Below the pieces are notes generated by a model. That model made no database searches. It worked only from the letters and a program-made list of their open reading frames with translations, and had not been told where the DNA came from. A stretch of DNA of 63,832 nucleotides, counting the filler, from Vannella sp. (taxonomy: Eukaryota), in NCBI GenBank assembly GCA_023345925.1. It is 7 parts of 7 records of this genome, joined end to end, with 100 filler letters (N's around TTAATTAATTAA, not from the genome) between each part and the next. Parts side by side here need not be neighbours in the genome. Positions count along the whole stretch, not along the records: positions 33,085 to 47,357 come from JAJQQN010000784.1; positions 47,458 to 60,056 come from JAJQQN010000276.1; 5 more parts are not named here. The stretch is one strand, 5' to 3'. Made by a program: the position numbers and the translations under genes. Shown here piece by piece: positions 37,663-48,612 of this stretch; positions within the stretch are counted from its first letter, which is position 1; every line of letters begins with the position of its first letter.

Positions 37663-40284
37663 CTAGCCGGAGGATTGAGTGGCGGACAAGCTGTTGGTGT
37701 CGCTTGTTTCGGTTCCTGGTCGGAGAGAGGGACCGCTCTTGCCGTCACCAGCGTTGGGACTGAAGCGGTCGATGAAGATGAGACCAATGAGCTTGGGAAT
37801 CATGTGGATGAGGAGCGTCGCGTAGAATCCGTAGAGCATGCCGAGAGTGCGCACTAACCAGGCCGCAAAGGGGCTGATATAACGGAGAATGAGGAACACA
37901 GGCACAATGACTGCAATCAGGAAGCCCAGATTGAACGCAGAGATGTTCAGGAGGCGTTTGTCCATGAACGGACGAGGGACATGGCGCACAAAGAATCCTA
38001 AAAGGAGGGTCATTCCCAGGAGGATCCCTTCGTATCCCACCAGGATGAAGAAGAACACCTTTCCTGCTGGTTCTCCCACGCCACCAGAGTTACACAGCCA
38101 ATGATCCAGCCCATCCACTTCCTCCATTTTCGTTGTGGGCGTGGCAATGGCGGTCCAAAGGATGATGATGAGCAAAGGGAACAGCATGAGGAGTACCCAG
38201 ATGATCGCGAACTCTATCTCAGGGTGGATAGGGTTGCTAGCACCCTTAGCATCGCTCTTGCTCAGTTTGCGGAAAGCCTTCGTCGCCGCTGTGGAACGGA
38301 AGAAGCGGATCTGCTTAGCACAGATAGCTCTAAACTCAAGAGAGTGAGTAACTGAACATAGCTACCATGAGAGAAGTGAACTTACGCTGCCATGGAGGCA
38401 CTGGAGAGCCCAAACAGCCACAGTTGGAAGTTGCAGGCGACTGTTTGGGGCTTCCCGTACCACGCATAGGTGGAGATACAGCCCACCACGCTAGAGATGA
38501 TCAAGATAGCCAAGAATAAGGTACCTGAGAGGAAGATCCGATGACGGGGGACGCAGAAACCGAACACGCACACCAACGGGAGGCACCAGATCACTAGAAG
38601 GACCATAATGCCTGTGATGATACCCATGATGATGAAGACGATGGTGAAGCTGGGAGTGCACTGGTACCCTTCATCGGACATGTTCTGGCAATCAATGAAC
38701 TGATCGCACTCGTACTTGGCCTTGATCGTGTCCACATTGTCCTCGTCAGGCCTCTTCAGGTCGATAGTCTTTCCAGTGTCATCCGTACGTGCCTCCTTGT
38801 CAAAGCAGGACCAGTAGTCAAACTCAGGGAGAACGGTGAGGTCGGGGATCTCCGTCGTACCGCTGTACCAAACGGTGGGCTTGATAGGTTGCAGGCGGCT
38901 GACGGTGTCCCAGTTGAAGGTGGACTGGAACTTACCAGAGACGAGATTGACCACATCATACTGCGGCCGTCGGTCTCCGTTGGGTTCCAAGGTGAAGGGT
39001 CCAGTGGGCCCGGTAAAGCTTGTGCGGAGAATGGCGCTGTAAAGGTCCATTCCTGTCGGCTTGAAGTTGGCAGTGAGAGCTTTGGTTCCATTGCCGTTGG
39101 AGTACTGCTCCTGGATTGCATAAGCGACAGCGTAGACCATCTCGTACGCCAACATGTTCAAGAGGGTCGGAGCTTCCCCTGCTCCTGCGTACTCTTCAGG
39201 GTCGAGCTTGAGCCAGCGCTCAAGGTACTGGTCATAAATAGGACCATTTCCCCCTCGCGGGACGACACCCTGGTAGCCCTTGGAGAGCTTGCGGATCTTT
39301 GGCAGCTGTCGGTCTTTCGACTTGTCGATGAAGGAAGCCTCTGTCGCGCACCCATCCGAGCAGATCCAAACGTAGTACTTTCCTACGATCTTTTGCTTGT
39401 CGGCTTCGGTAATGGTGGTCTGGTAGCCCTCTGCAGCCATGAATGCGACAAACACACGGGCCTTGCTGTTCACCAGCTCTCGAATCTCGACCGAGACGTC
39501 GGTGGCACCAACAAGGAACTGTTGGAAGGCAACGTTGGTGATATTGCGAGGTGTAGCTGCATCTATAAAGGCCTTGGCGCCTGCAACGCCGTAGTCATCA
39601 GCGGAACTGATCACCCCAACTCTCCTCCAATCCGGGGCGCTCGTTCTGTTGTAGTAATACTCGATGAGATCGACCATTACAAGACTTTGTCGTATATCTG
39701 ACGGGATAGCACGCGAGAAGATAGGATAAAGCGTATCGAGAGCCAAAGCTTGGGCAGAGGCAGAGGGCGACGCCAAGAGGATGTTGTATACACCTGAAGC
39801 AACTGCAGCTATTGAGCACTGATCTGATTGCGTGGGCCCAATGACAACTGAAAGTCCGGCGGCCTGGGCTGCGACCAGTCCACTTAAGGCACCCTGTAGG
39901 ACCACATTAGAGGGTCCTCGGTCCCTGTAACTCATTCTTATACTTACAGAGACTGTTTTGTACGTGTTGAAAACGACGGGAACCAGTTCTGTGTTGGGGA
40001 GGAGATTGCGGTCGTCGTTGATGTCCTCAATAGCGAGGCGGAAGCCTGCGTACATGGTTTGGAGGGAGTCAGGAGCTGTTGAGTTGAGCCCGCTTGTTTG
40101 ATTGGTAACCTCAAACTCAAACAGCCCACCAATGGAGAACTTAGCGGGTGCTCCAGGCTGTGACGAACAAAACCCTTCCTCCCAAGTCAGCTTCTCCCTT
40201 CCCACTCACCCTCAACCCTTTCCAACACTCACCAACGATGAGACTCAGCAGCAGCGCCAAGTAGGCCCACCCAACAAGTCGCAT
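37663..40284 (-). CDS. Family C (GABA-B / glutamate-like) GPCR: Venus-flytrap domain, LDLa-like linker, 7TM
   Basis: Signal peptide; FRLAIEDIN..LLPN, VIGP..S, YPIFSRAIPSD, DDYG, FTGPTG..NGDR; 7 hydrophobic segments with CNFQLWLFGL and a C-terminal IPK. Confidence 0.88.
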
Positions 40285-40443
40285 GCGACGTACAACAAAT
40301 AACCTCAAACCAACCCGCCAAACCGTTGGGCGGCAAAACACTCCAAATTTGATGATCAATGATTATCATTTAAAAATTAAAGTTGGATTATTCTAATTCG
40401 ATGAGGACGGATTCCTGGTTCCACGGGAAGACTGAAGCCAGAT

Positions 40444-43400
40444 CTACTGGGATGAGGGAGAGCAACTGATGGCAACTTGAGAGTTGAAAGCCAACTTTGT
40501 TGTCTTGTCTTGTCGTGAGAGCCTCCCAAACCCCTCTTTCCGAAACTCAACTCCGTTTGAGTCACGTGCGCTGGAGGATCTCATTACAACAGGTCTTTCA
40601 CTAGTTTTGATCAATCGAAGCGAATCATGATGTTTAGGGCAGTTGAGCGGCTCTTTGGCGCACTTTGGAACTGGTGGATTGATTCTTGCCAAAGCGAGTG
40701 ATTTCTTGGATGAGAGGACTCTTGTTGAGGACGGGAATAGAAGGACCTAGAACCTCAAATATGTCGCTTTTGCTGGGTGAGGAGACAATCAACGCGTGGA
40801 AAGAGGATTCTTACCATAAAAGGAAGATTATCTTCTTAACAAGGCTCTTCTCCCGGAAGTCATGGTCGTTCCAAACCAACCCAAGGAATTCTAGGAGTTG
40901 TGGTAGTTGTGATGGGAGTAGTCTAGCGCACGGAGAGCGGAAGAGCATGGTGTAGGTCTGAAGAAGAGAACTTCGAAGTTGGATGATTCCATCAATCACC
41001 TCGTCGCCAAATTCAGGTTGGATTATCACAGAGGAGGCACTGTGTATAGCTGCAACAACGGGGGCGAAATAACGCTCAAAGTCCTTCCCAACACACAAAG
41101 ACAGATCTCCGAATGCTGAAAATATCTCTGGCTTGATGACAAAGGAGGCTTCCGGATTCTATTTACGTGAGCAGAGGACAACCTGGAATGGGAACAGTAT
41201 ACCTGAAGGATTCTGAAGAAGTTATGTACGAGGTTATCGCAGAATTGACCTTTGTCATGTTGGAAGAGGCCGATGCTGGTATCATCGCAGAGGAGACTCA
41301 AGCAGTGAATGCTCGCAATAAAACTGTTAAGGTCTTCTGGGTTAGCTGTTCCTGCAATGAGGAACGGCTTCATTGCAGGAAAAACTGCTGGAATTAGGTT
41401 CTCGCAATGAGATAAAACGGTGCAAATGGTCATCATTGGTTCATCCACAACGCACTTCCGGAATTGGAAGATTTCAAGGCAGATTTTGATAACGCTCTCT
41501 GCAAAGGGTGCTACCAAATCACCAATCTTCTCAGTGATAGATTGTAGCACGCTTGGGATGTAGGATTGAAGCTGACTCTGAATCTCAGAGTCAACCTGAA
41601 GAAGGTGAGCAAACAGAGGCAGATGGTGTTCGAGTTCGACGTACAGAAGGGTCAAAAGTGTGTCTGATCTTGACAATCAGAGGGTCGATAGTGCTGATGA
41701 TAAAGTCTTCACAGTCTCGAGCTGCCCCATTAATGAGCACATTCAAAGCTTCGTATGAGACCACGCAAAGGTTGTTATCGGAAGCCCCAGAGCTATCACT
41801 CGCATTAATGAGCGCGTGGAAGAGGTGACTGAACCCAGCAGAGATAGGAGATGTCTCTTCTTCTTCGTAAGAGAAGATAGCGATGACATGTTGCAACGCC
41901 TAGAGCCAGTGGTGAGATTATTCGAAAAGGGAATGCCGGGGCTTACCTCGCAGGCATGAACGGCAACCATTGGCTCGGAATCTTTTAGGCCAATGAGTAG
42001 GGCCTCAGCAACAGGCTCAACATTGGCCTCAATAACAGATGGGAAATGCTCTGCAATCTTTCCCAATGTCCAAGCAGTCGTATCTCTGACTAGAGGGATG
42101 CTTATTTCCTTCAAGTGCTTCACAAGTATTGGCAAAGCAAGTGCCAAATGATTTGCTAAGGGAGAATGTGGACTTGGGCCTGCAACAATACATGCAAGGG
42201 ACATTGTTGCTGCTTCTTTGTGCCTCCAGTCTTCCTTGACAATGTTCTCGCCAATGAATGGAATAGCGATAGGTACAATCTCGTCTCTGATAGTCTGGGC
42301 CATCAAAGTGAGACAAACCGAAGCGCATTTGGCTTTGTTCCAATCGTCGTCTTCCAGATCTTCATTTTGGAAGAGAAGTGACTGAAATAGGACCGGTGCC
42401 AAGGATGCAGAGATACTGTGGATGACGTTATGAATAACTGGGGCGGGCTGCTCTCCCTAGCACCTGTGAGAACTCCCCTCCAACACACTCAAGTACCAAC
42501 CTCTTCGATTTCTTTAAACCGGCTCAGCTCCTGGTCGCAGATGGTAGACCATACTTCAATGGCCTGCCTTCCTATGGGCTCAATATCCTTCTGGATCATG
42601 GTCAAGGTCACCTGAAGGAATGTGAGTTTGAGATATTCACTTTCCGTGCTCAGCTTGAGAAGCCTCGTACCCTCCAGATGGGCTCCAGATAAGGGCTTAG
42701 AAACTCGTAGTAGAACTCTGCAGTGCGGACGAGACACTGAATCGCATAGAGGCGGACATCCTGGTCGACTGACTGAGAAGAGGTCAAAATCATGTTCATG
42801 ATGAAGTTGCGGTGGTCTTCTTGTTCAAAGTGATGACGAATGAACTTGAGAGCGCCCAGTAATGCTTTGGCTGCTGCTCGATGGACCTTTGAGGAATTGT
42901 CAGCCAGATGGCAAGCACAGTATTCTTTCTTACCTCAACGGGAAGGTTTAGAGCTGTCCCTGAGGCAATAGCTTCAAGGATAGGTGTAGTTTGAGTCTCT
43001 AAGATACCTTCAGGCTGGAAAAGAATGAGAGGTAGAGCGCAAAACGACAAAGGGACTTACGATCTCTTCGCAGATGATTCCCAGAGCATTGAGAGTGCCT
43101 TCTTGGAGAAGAGGACTCCCTTTGGACATACTGGATACCAAGTTAGTGATGAGTGCAGGCCACTGTTGGTTGCAAAGCTCGATCACTCCGATCTGGGCAA
43201 CCACTTGGGAGGCTCCAAGCCTTGCTTCGTTGTGGGGAACAGAGAGACCTTGAACTAACTGATTATTGAAAGAGAGTGAGTAAGCGACACCTCGTGGTAC
43301 TGGAAGAGGACGTACCAAGTGCTTAATGGCGTCCCTTTGGTTGGAGGGAAGAGCCAACCATTGGACTGCCAGCTCTTCCGTGCGCCGAGCAGAAGGTCCG

Positions 43401-43640
43401 ACGACAGAGTTTTTGATAACAAGGGCTGCCATCTGCTTCTGGTTGGGAGGAAGGCTGGGGGAGAGGAGTTGTTGCGCCATCTCATGAAGAAAGAGGCCCT
43501 CGAGTGCATGTGAGACAACAATGGGATCAAGGAGGTGAGAGCCTCACCAAGTTTTGCTCCTTGAAGCTCTCCATCAGGGCCATCGCCTCATTGGGATGAG
43601 GAGAGACCAGTTGCGCGAGGAGGGAAGGAAAGTCGGCCAT
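40444..43640 (-). CDS. KPNB1: Importin-beta1-like karyopherin, multi-exon (3' end uncertain)
   Basis: MAALVIKNS, QAIEVWSTICDQE, EDDDWNKAKCASVCL, DWRHKEAATM, VRDTTAWTLGKI, SYEALNVLI. Confidence 0.85.
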
Positions 43641-43809
43641 CCCCTTCATCCTCTCAAAAGACTGGCAATTTACGTCATCCTGATGACTACCATCTTGTCA
43701 AGCTCTTTTAGGAGACCAAATCAGAAGGGTCAGTCGTGGCGATCGCCGACAAGATATTTTCAGATACTTTCTTTCCGGCCTTGTGATTGGTGGGTTCCAA
43801 TGCATTGCT

Positions 43810-44235
43810 ATGTCTGACCTGCCTTTGGAGTACCTGGATAAGGTTGTTGATTGAGCCTCTGATTCAAGACTGACTGAAAAGGCTGGCAGGTCCAACTTTG
43901 GGTGGAAGCGTGCATCAAACTGTGAGTTCAGTTTAGGACAACTCATTCTGACATCCCGAAGCTTGCTTGATAGGTCCTCTACAGTGAAGAAAGTAGAGGA
44001 GGAGCAAGGTGTGCCACCTTACGTCACCGAAGCAGTTTGGGATGAACTAGCAAGTGAGAATCCCGAGTTCTTCATTGCTTTCCATCGTAGAATCCGGGTC
44101 CGTGATCAGCTCCTTCTCTTCAGCTTCTTCACCAAACACCGCACTCGAGACCTCCCCAGCATCCTTCGAAAGCCCCAACCCAAACCCGTTCCCCTTCAAG
44201 CAGCTCCTTTCCGACACTTTCCGGATCCAATCTAA
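43810..44235 (+). CDS. A_thal_3526 (TIGR01589 / PF09713)-like small protein, 3 exons
   Basis: Introns 43843-43889 and 43922-43961 give YLDKVQLWVEACIKLLLDRSSTVKKVEEEQGVPPYVTEAVWDELASENPEFFIAFHRRIRVRDQL, matching the family pattern VQ.LIE.C...T..VW..LE.EN.EFF.AY. Confidence 0.72.
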
Positions 44236-44303
44236 GTTCTCAAAGTCCCAATTGACTCAAGAAATCGCTTTGATGGCCTAAAATCATTGTTTGGACGCAT
44301 TGC

Positions 44304-45465
44304 ATGGACCGCGTGCAGAAGCAGCTTGGGCAATTGGTGGAGAGTGGGGACGTCTATGAGGCGCAGCAAGTGTATAAAGCTACTCACAGGCGGTGAGATA
44401 CATGGGGGTTCTTGTTTGGAGTCTGGCTGACGTGCAGGAAGGTTGATTCAACGGAAGAGTTACCCCCAAGCCAAAACGTTCTTGGAAGGGGGCGTTCGGG
44501 TGATGGTCGCCAAGGGCGAGTACTCTCAAGCAAATGAATTGCTCGTTCTCTTGCTGGGAGTGTTCACTGATGCACCAAAGGAGGCTTCTCTTGGTATGCT
44601 GAGATGAAAGCTCCTTCAACCTTTCTCACTCTGTCTGCAGAGTTGATTCTGGAGCTCTTATCACTCTATCCAGACGATGCAGATGCCACTTTGGGCCTAC
44701 GAGAGGCTATCAAGTGAGTGATTTGGAGCTCGAGAGTGGGGATCGCTCACCAGACCGTCCCAGATGGAGTACTGCCTATCGAACAGAGACAGAACGAATC
44801 AAACAGGCTCACCCTTCTCTCATCAAAGTTCAGGCGGTCCGGTGGGTCCTGAATCGGGTGTTCTCGCAATTCGCTGATCCCTTTTTGCCAGATACTGGCG
44901 ACGGGGAGACTTTGGCGAGTCTATGATGGCTTTCTTGGAGGCCCAGGACCCTTCAGGAATGCTTGAGATGCTGTGTGATTGGGCAGATCGCTGCAATCCT
45001 TCCGAACAAGACCTGCTCTTCACTCGATCGATCCTTTTGTGAGCGAATCCTCATTCTGACTGTTCCTGGAGACTCATTTCAACCAGGCTGCTCTCAAGAG
45101 GGAACCTGAAGGATGCCAATGAGCTGTTCCACAGCCTGTGTCGCCGTGTCTTCCCGGGACTCGAAGAGCGCCCTGTTTTGATGAACTTTGTCCAGTTCCT
45201 GCTTCTGACACTTGAGAGAGATGCACATCCCTTCTTTATCAAGCTCACCGAGCGCTATAAGCCGGCTTTAGACCGTGACCCAGCCTTTGCAGAGGTGAGA
45301 TAGGAGAGATCTCTGTTCCTACTCTCGCGGCGCGCTCACTCTTCCATCCAGTACCTCGCAAAGATCGCAGAAGTGTTCTTCAAAGTGAAGGCGCCCCAAG
45401 CCAACAACTTCCTGGGCGACATGCTCAAGAATCTGATGGGAGGAGGCGGTTTAGGGACCGCTTAG
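44304..45465 (+). CDS. GET4: GET4 / TRC35 (Golgi to ER traffic protein 4), multi-exon
   Basis: N-terminal GDVYEAQQVYK; later PVLMNFVQFLLLTLER, YKPALDRDP, YLAKIAEVFF and a C-terminal FLGDMLKNLMGG. Confidence 0.82.
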
Positions 45466-45565
45466 GAGCACTTGAGGCAACCTAGTAAGCTAAACTACAA
45501 GCGATTTATACCTCCGATACATGTGTGATAGTGATGGTACCACCAGAGTGAGGGAATGCGAGGAA

Positions 45566-46600
45566 TCACAAAAAGTAGTCCGGAGCCTCTCGTGTTGAAT
45601 CGTTCTCAGGAGTGAGACGGTCGCTATCGGGGGCTGCTGTGAAGGTATTGTATCGCCTCTTGTGATCTTCTGCTACCTCCATGATAGCTGCAACGTTGCC
45701 ACAGCGATAGCAGTAGTTAGGTGCACTCCAAACAGTTGAGAGGGCATCTTTAAAGAGTACCTGGTACCCGTCTGTACATAACTGATGCGCCCTCACGATG
45801 TGAGTAACGCTATTGGCTCGTAAGAAGTTGCGAACAACGTCCTCTCCAAAGGAATAGCCCGCGCCACGCTGCGAGGCTCTGAATCCTTCATGATCAGCGC
45901 TGGGATCAGACCACATCAAGTCTGATAGAGCTCCTTCAGCAGGGAGCTCTTTGAAGCGGTCAAGGACGCGGATCTGATCCACAGTTTGGATGGAAGGGGA
46001 AAGGCCGCCGTGGACGCAAAAGATCGCGTTATCGATGAGAGCTGCGATGCTGAGATAGTCAAAGAGCTCCACAAAGGCCTGCCAAACCTCTGCGCTTCCA
46101 TACTTGCGGATACACTCAGCGTAGAAGCCATAAACCTGTCAGAGAGTCAGCCCACCATGACCAAGCCCCTCAAGCTTCCTACTTGGGTGACTAGCCGGCT
46201 CTCATGGTTCCCACGAAGGAGGTGGATACGTTCAGGCCATCTTAGCTTCAAGCAGACGAGCAAACTGATGGTTTGGAGGCTGTAGTAGCCCCGGTCCACA
46301 TAGTCACCTAGAAAGAGATAGTTTGTGTCTGGACAGTGTCCCCCGATGCGGAAGAGCTCCAGTACATCGAAGAACTGACTAAGAACCATCTCATATGTCA
46401 GTTGAGAGAGTCAGGGGCTGGCCGAATCCTCACCCATGCACGTCGCCCACCACGGTCACAGGGGACTTGACCTGGCACACGTTGGAGTTGGTCAGAAGCT
46501 CTTGCTTCAGCGAGTGGCAAAGGTACTTGATCTGCTTCTCTGAAAGCAGTTCACAACGATGCAGCCGCTCAATGCAATGGTCAAGATCAACGGCTGCCAT
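45566..46600 (-). CDS. PPP Ser/Thr phosphatase catalytic subunit, PP2A-related (PP4/Ppg1-like)
   Basis: [35 protein letters not shown] and C-terminal DYFL; 2 introns. Confidence 0.93.
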
Positions 46601-46789
46601 GTGAATGAAGGTTTCGCGCTCTCCTCTTAATCGATGATGACTCACATTCCTCTTTCTTCTCTGTGATGTAGAACTCCCACTCCTTCAGGGTAAACAACGA
46701 GAAGCGAATAGGTGCGTGAGAGGTGATTTTATTGAACAGCCTGTTTAAAATGGCCCGCTCATGCTCGCAAGCTCTGAGGTCCTTTGTCA

Positions 46790-46855
46790 GAGAGTTCACT
46801 ACACAAAGCCTGGGTCATTTTTAACACTAAACCGTTGCCGTTGTACGGAACTCTC
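46790..46855. mobile_element. 66-bp mini element with GAGAGTTC terminal inverted repeats and TCA target-site duplication
   Basis: TCA|GAGAGTTCACTACA ... TGTACGGAACTCTC|TCA. Confidence 0.6.
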
Positions 46856-46989
46856 TCATTGCACCTTTTCCCTCTGGTTCTCCGTCTGGGAAGGATTGGG
46901 CTTTGTGTCGAAGATTAAGGGATTTTTTAGCAGCGATTGAGGGAAGCCTTCATCGAGTATTTTCGGGACCAGGAAATCGGTCACTTTGA

Positions 46990-47357
46990 GAGAGTTCACG
47001 GCCCAGATCAACCACGTCCCCTGGCCATGGTTGAAAAGTATCTCTAAATTCAATCGGGACCTTTACCAATGAACTTTTTAGAGAAAATTCTCTAAATACC
47101 TACTTTTTCCCAAAAAAAGTTTTAAATACCTACTTTTTTATATAGTTTGATAACATCACCAAAACACTTGTATGCACTTAAAAACATGTTTCTGGGCGAA
47201 TTGGTGTCTGAAACGAAGCGAAATGCCCATTTTTCTCGAAAACTCTCACCATGAAGGACCGGTGAATGATCTTCGGAACAATCGAAAAAGTTCCAAATGG
47301 GTGTTTATATCATCCCCCATTCCTTCAGCTCTGAAGTTCGATTATTTTGAGCTTCTC
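46990..47357 (+). mobile_element. Left end of a non-autonomous DNA transposon (GAGAGTTCACGGCC family), running into the contig end
   Basis: TGA|GAGAGTTCACGGCCCA is identical over 19 bp to 63591-63609, with about 65 bp of homology. AT-rich interior has a 16-bp direct repeat TAAATACCTACTTTTT (47093 and 47123). Confidence 0.68.
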
Positions 47358-47457
47358 NNNNNNNNNNNNNNNNNNNNNNNNNNNNNNNNNNNNNNNNNNN
47401 NTTAATTAATTAANNNNNNNNNNNNNNNNNNNNNNNNNNNNNNNNNNNNNNNNNNNN
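47358..47457. other. Artificial contig linker
   Basis: N44-TTAATTAATTAA-N44. Confidence 0.98.
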
Positions 47458-48612
47458 GCCAGTGAATGAAGCGCAGTCTCTACCATCCTCAGCGCTTGAG
47501 CTAACTCGGGAGGGACGCGACTTCTCTCCGACATGGCCCTGGACCAGAGGTTACAATATAATAGCATTTGGATTCTTACTCCACTTTGATTCCAATTTTG
47601 TGAAAGGCTGGTCGGCAAGGGAGGGTTTGGCTTCGAGTTAGCGTTTAAGGGATCGGAGCTTGTTCAAGGCTTGATAAGGGATCCCTCTGAACTCAAGTCA
47701 TCACGGAGGGTAGGCTTATGCGTACAGCTTTGGACGTTCGGGGATGAAACTTCTGAGGCTCCAAGGAGAAGTGGTCTCATGTCTCGAGGACTGCCGCCCT
47801 AGTCAAGACGAGAATCAAGATCACAGGCAGGGCCCTTCCTATCTCCAACCTTCTTGTCCAAACCTTTGGAGAGGCGCTATCCCAGGAGGTCTCCCAAGTC
47901 CGGACATGGCAAAATGAGATGAGCCTCGATCCCATAATTGCGAACTTTTGCTTCTCTTCCAGATGTGCAAGCAGAACAAAGAACCAATGAACAGGAAAAG
48001 AATGATTTCATTCTGTCCTTGGTCCACTCCAAAGCAGGTTCATCCTGAAGGGTGCGTTCATGTTGCTCTTCTCGAAGGTGGATCATGTCGATAGTTACCG
48101 AGCCGATAGGACTGAGATAGCCTCTTATAGGTCGATGGTTACAAGGTACCTTAGCAATATCGGGCTGTTGGCTCTGTTTGGGAACCGGCAAAGGACAAGC
48201 TGGCCGTTGAACCAGTTCACCTTCGGCTGTTCTCCAGCGAGATCCGTTCTTTCTTAGTTTCCCGAGCCGAGAGAACTGTCGTCGATGTAGACTGACAGGC
48301 AAACGGCATCGCAGGCGACTCTCCATCAGAGTGGGACTCCTTCGAGTAACTTTCCTCACTGGAGAACGTCCCGTTATCCTCCAGCCTGGCAGAAACAGCA
48401 TTCCTGTTCATACTTATCGATCATATCAAGAGAACAAGCTCGACGGACCACAGGAAACGAAGATCAAAGGTCCCTTTTGATGAATGCGGTGTGGCCTGGC
48501 TTCTGAACCACATCCAGATGATGATGAGTCACTCTGACCAAAGATGAGACCTCACAAGATGTGACAAAGGCACTTAGAGGGCCACTTTCATTGTTTCTGG
48601 GCCTCTTCGACG

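Noticed and set aside
38889..39701. 270-aa plus-strand ORF (likewise 4174-4881 and 49966-50580)
   Set aside because: Antisense shadows of well-supported genes, with no motifs.
19683..43640. Two importin-beta genes (and two Kelch-BTB genes) as gene clusters
   Set aside because: They lie on different contigs joined artificially.
45448..45456. GGTTTAGGG motif
   Set aside because: Falls within GET4 codons (Gly-Leu-Gly); coincidental.
48518..48590. C/D-box snoRNA-like ATGATGA...CTGA
   Set aside because: No properly placed terminal D box or closing stem.
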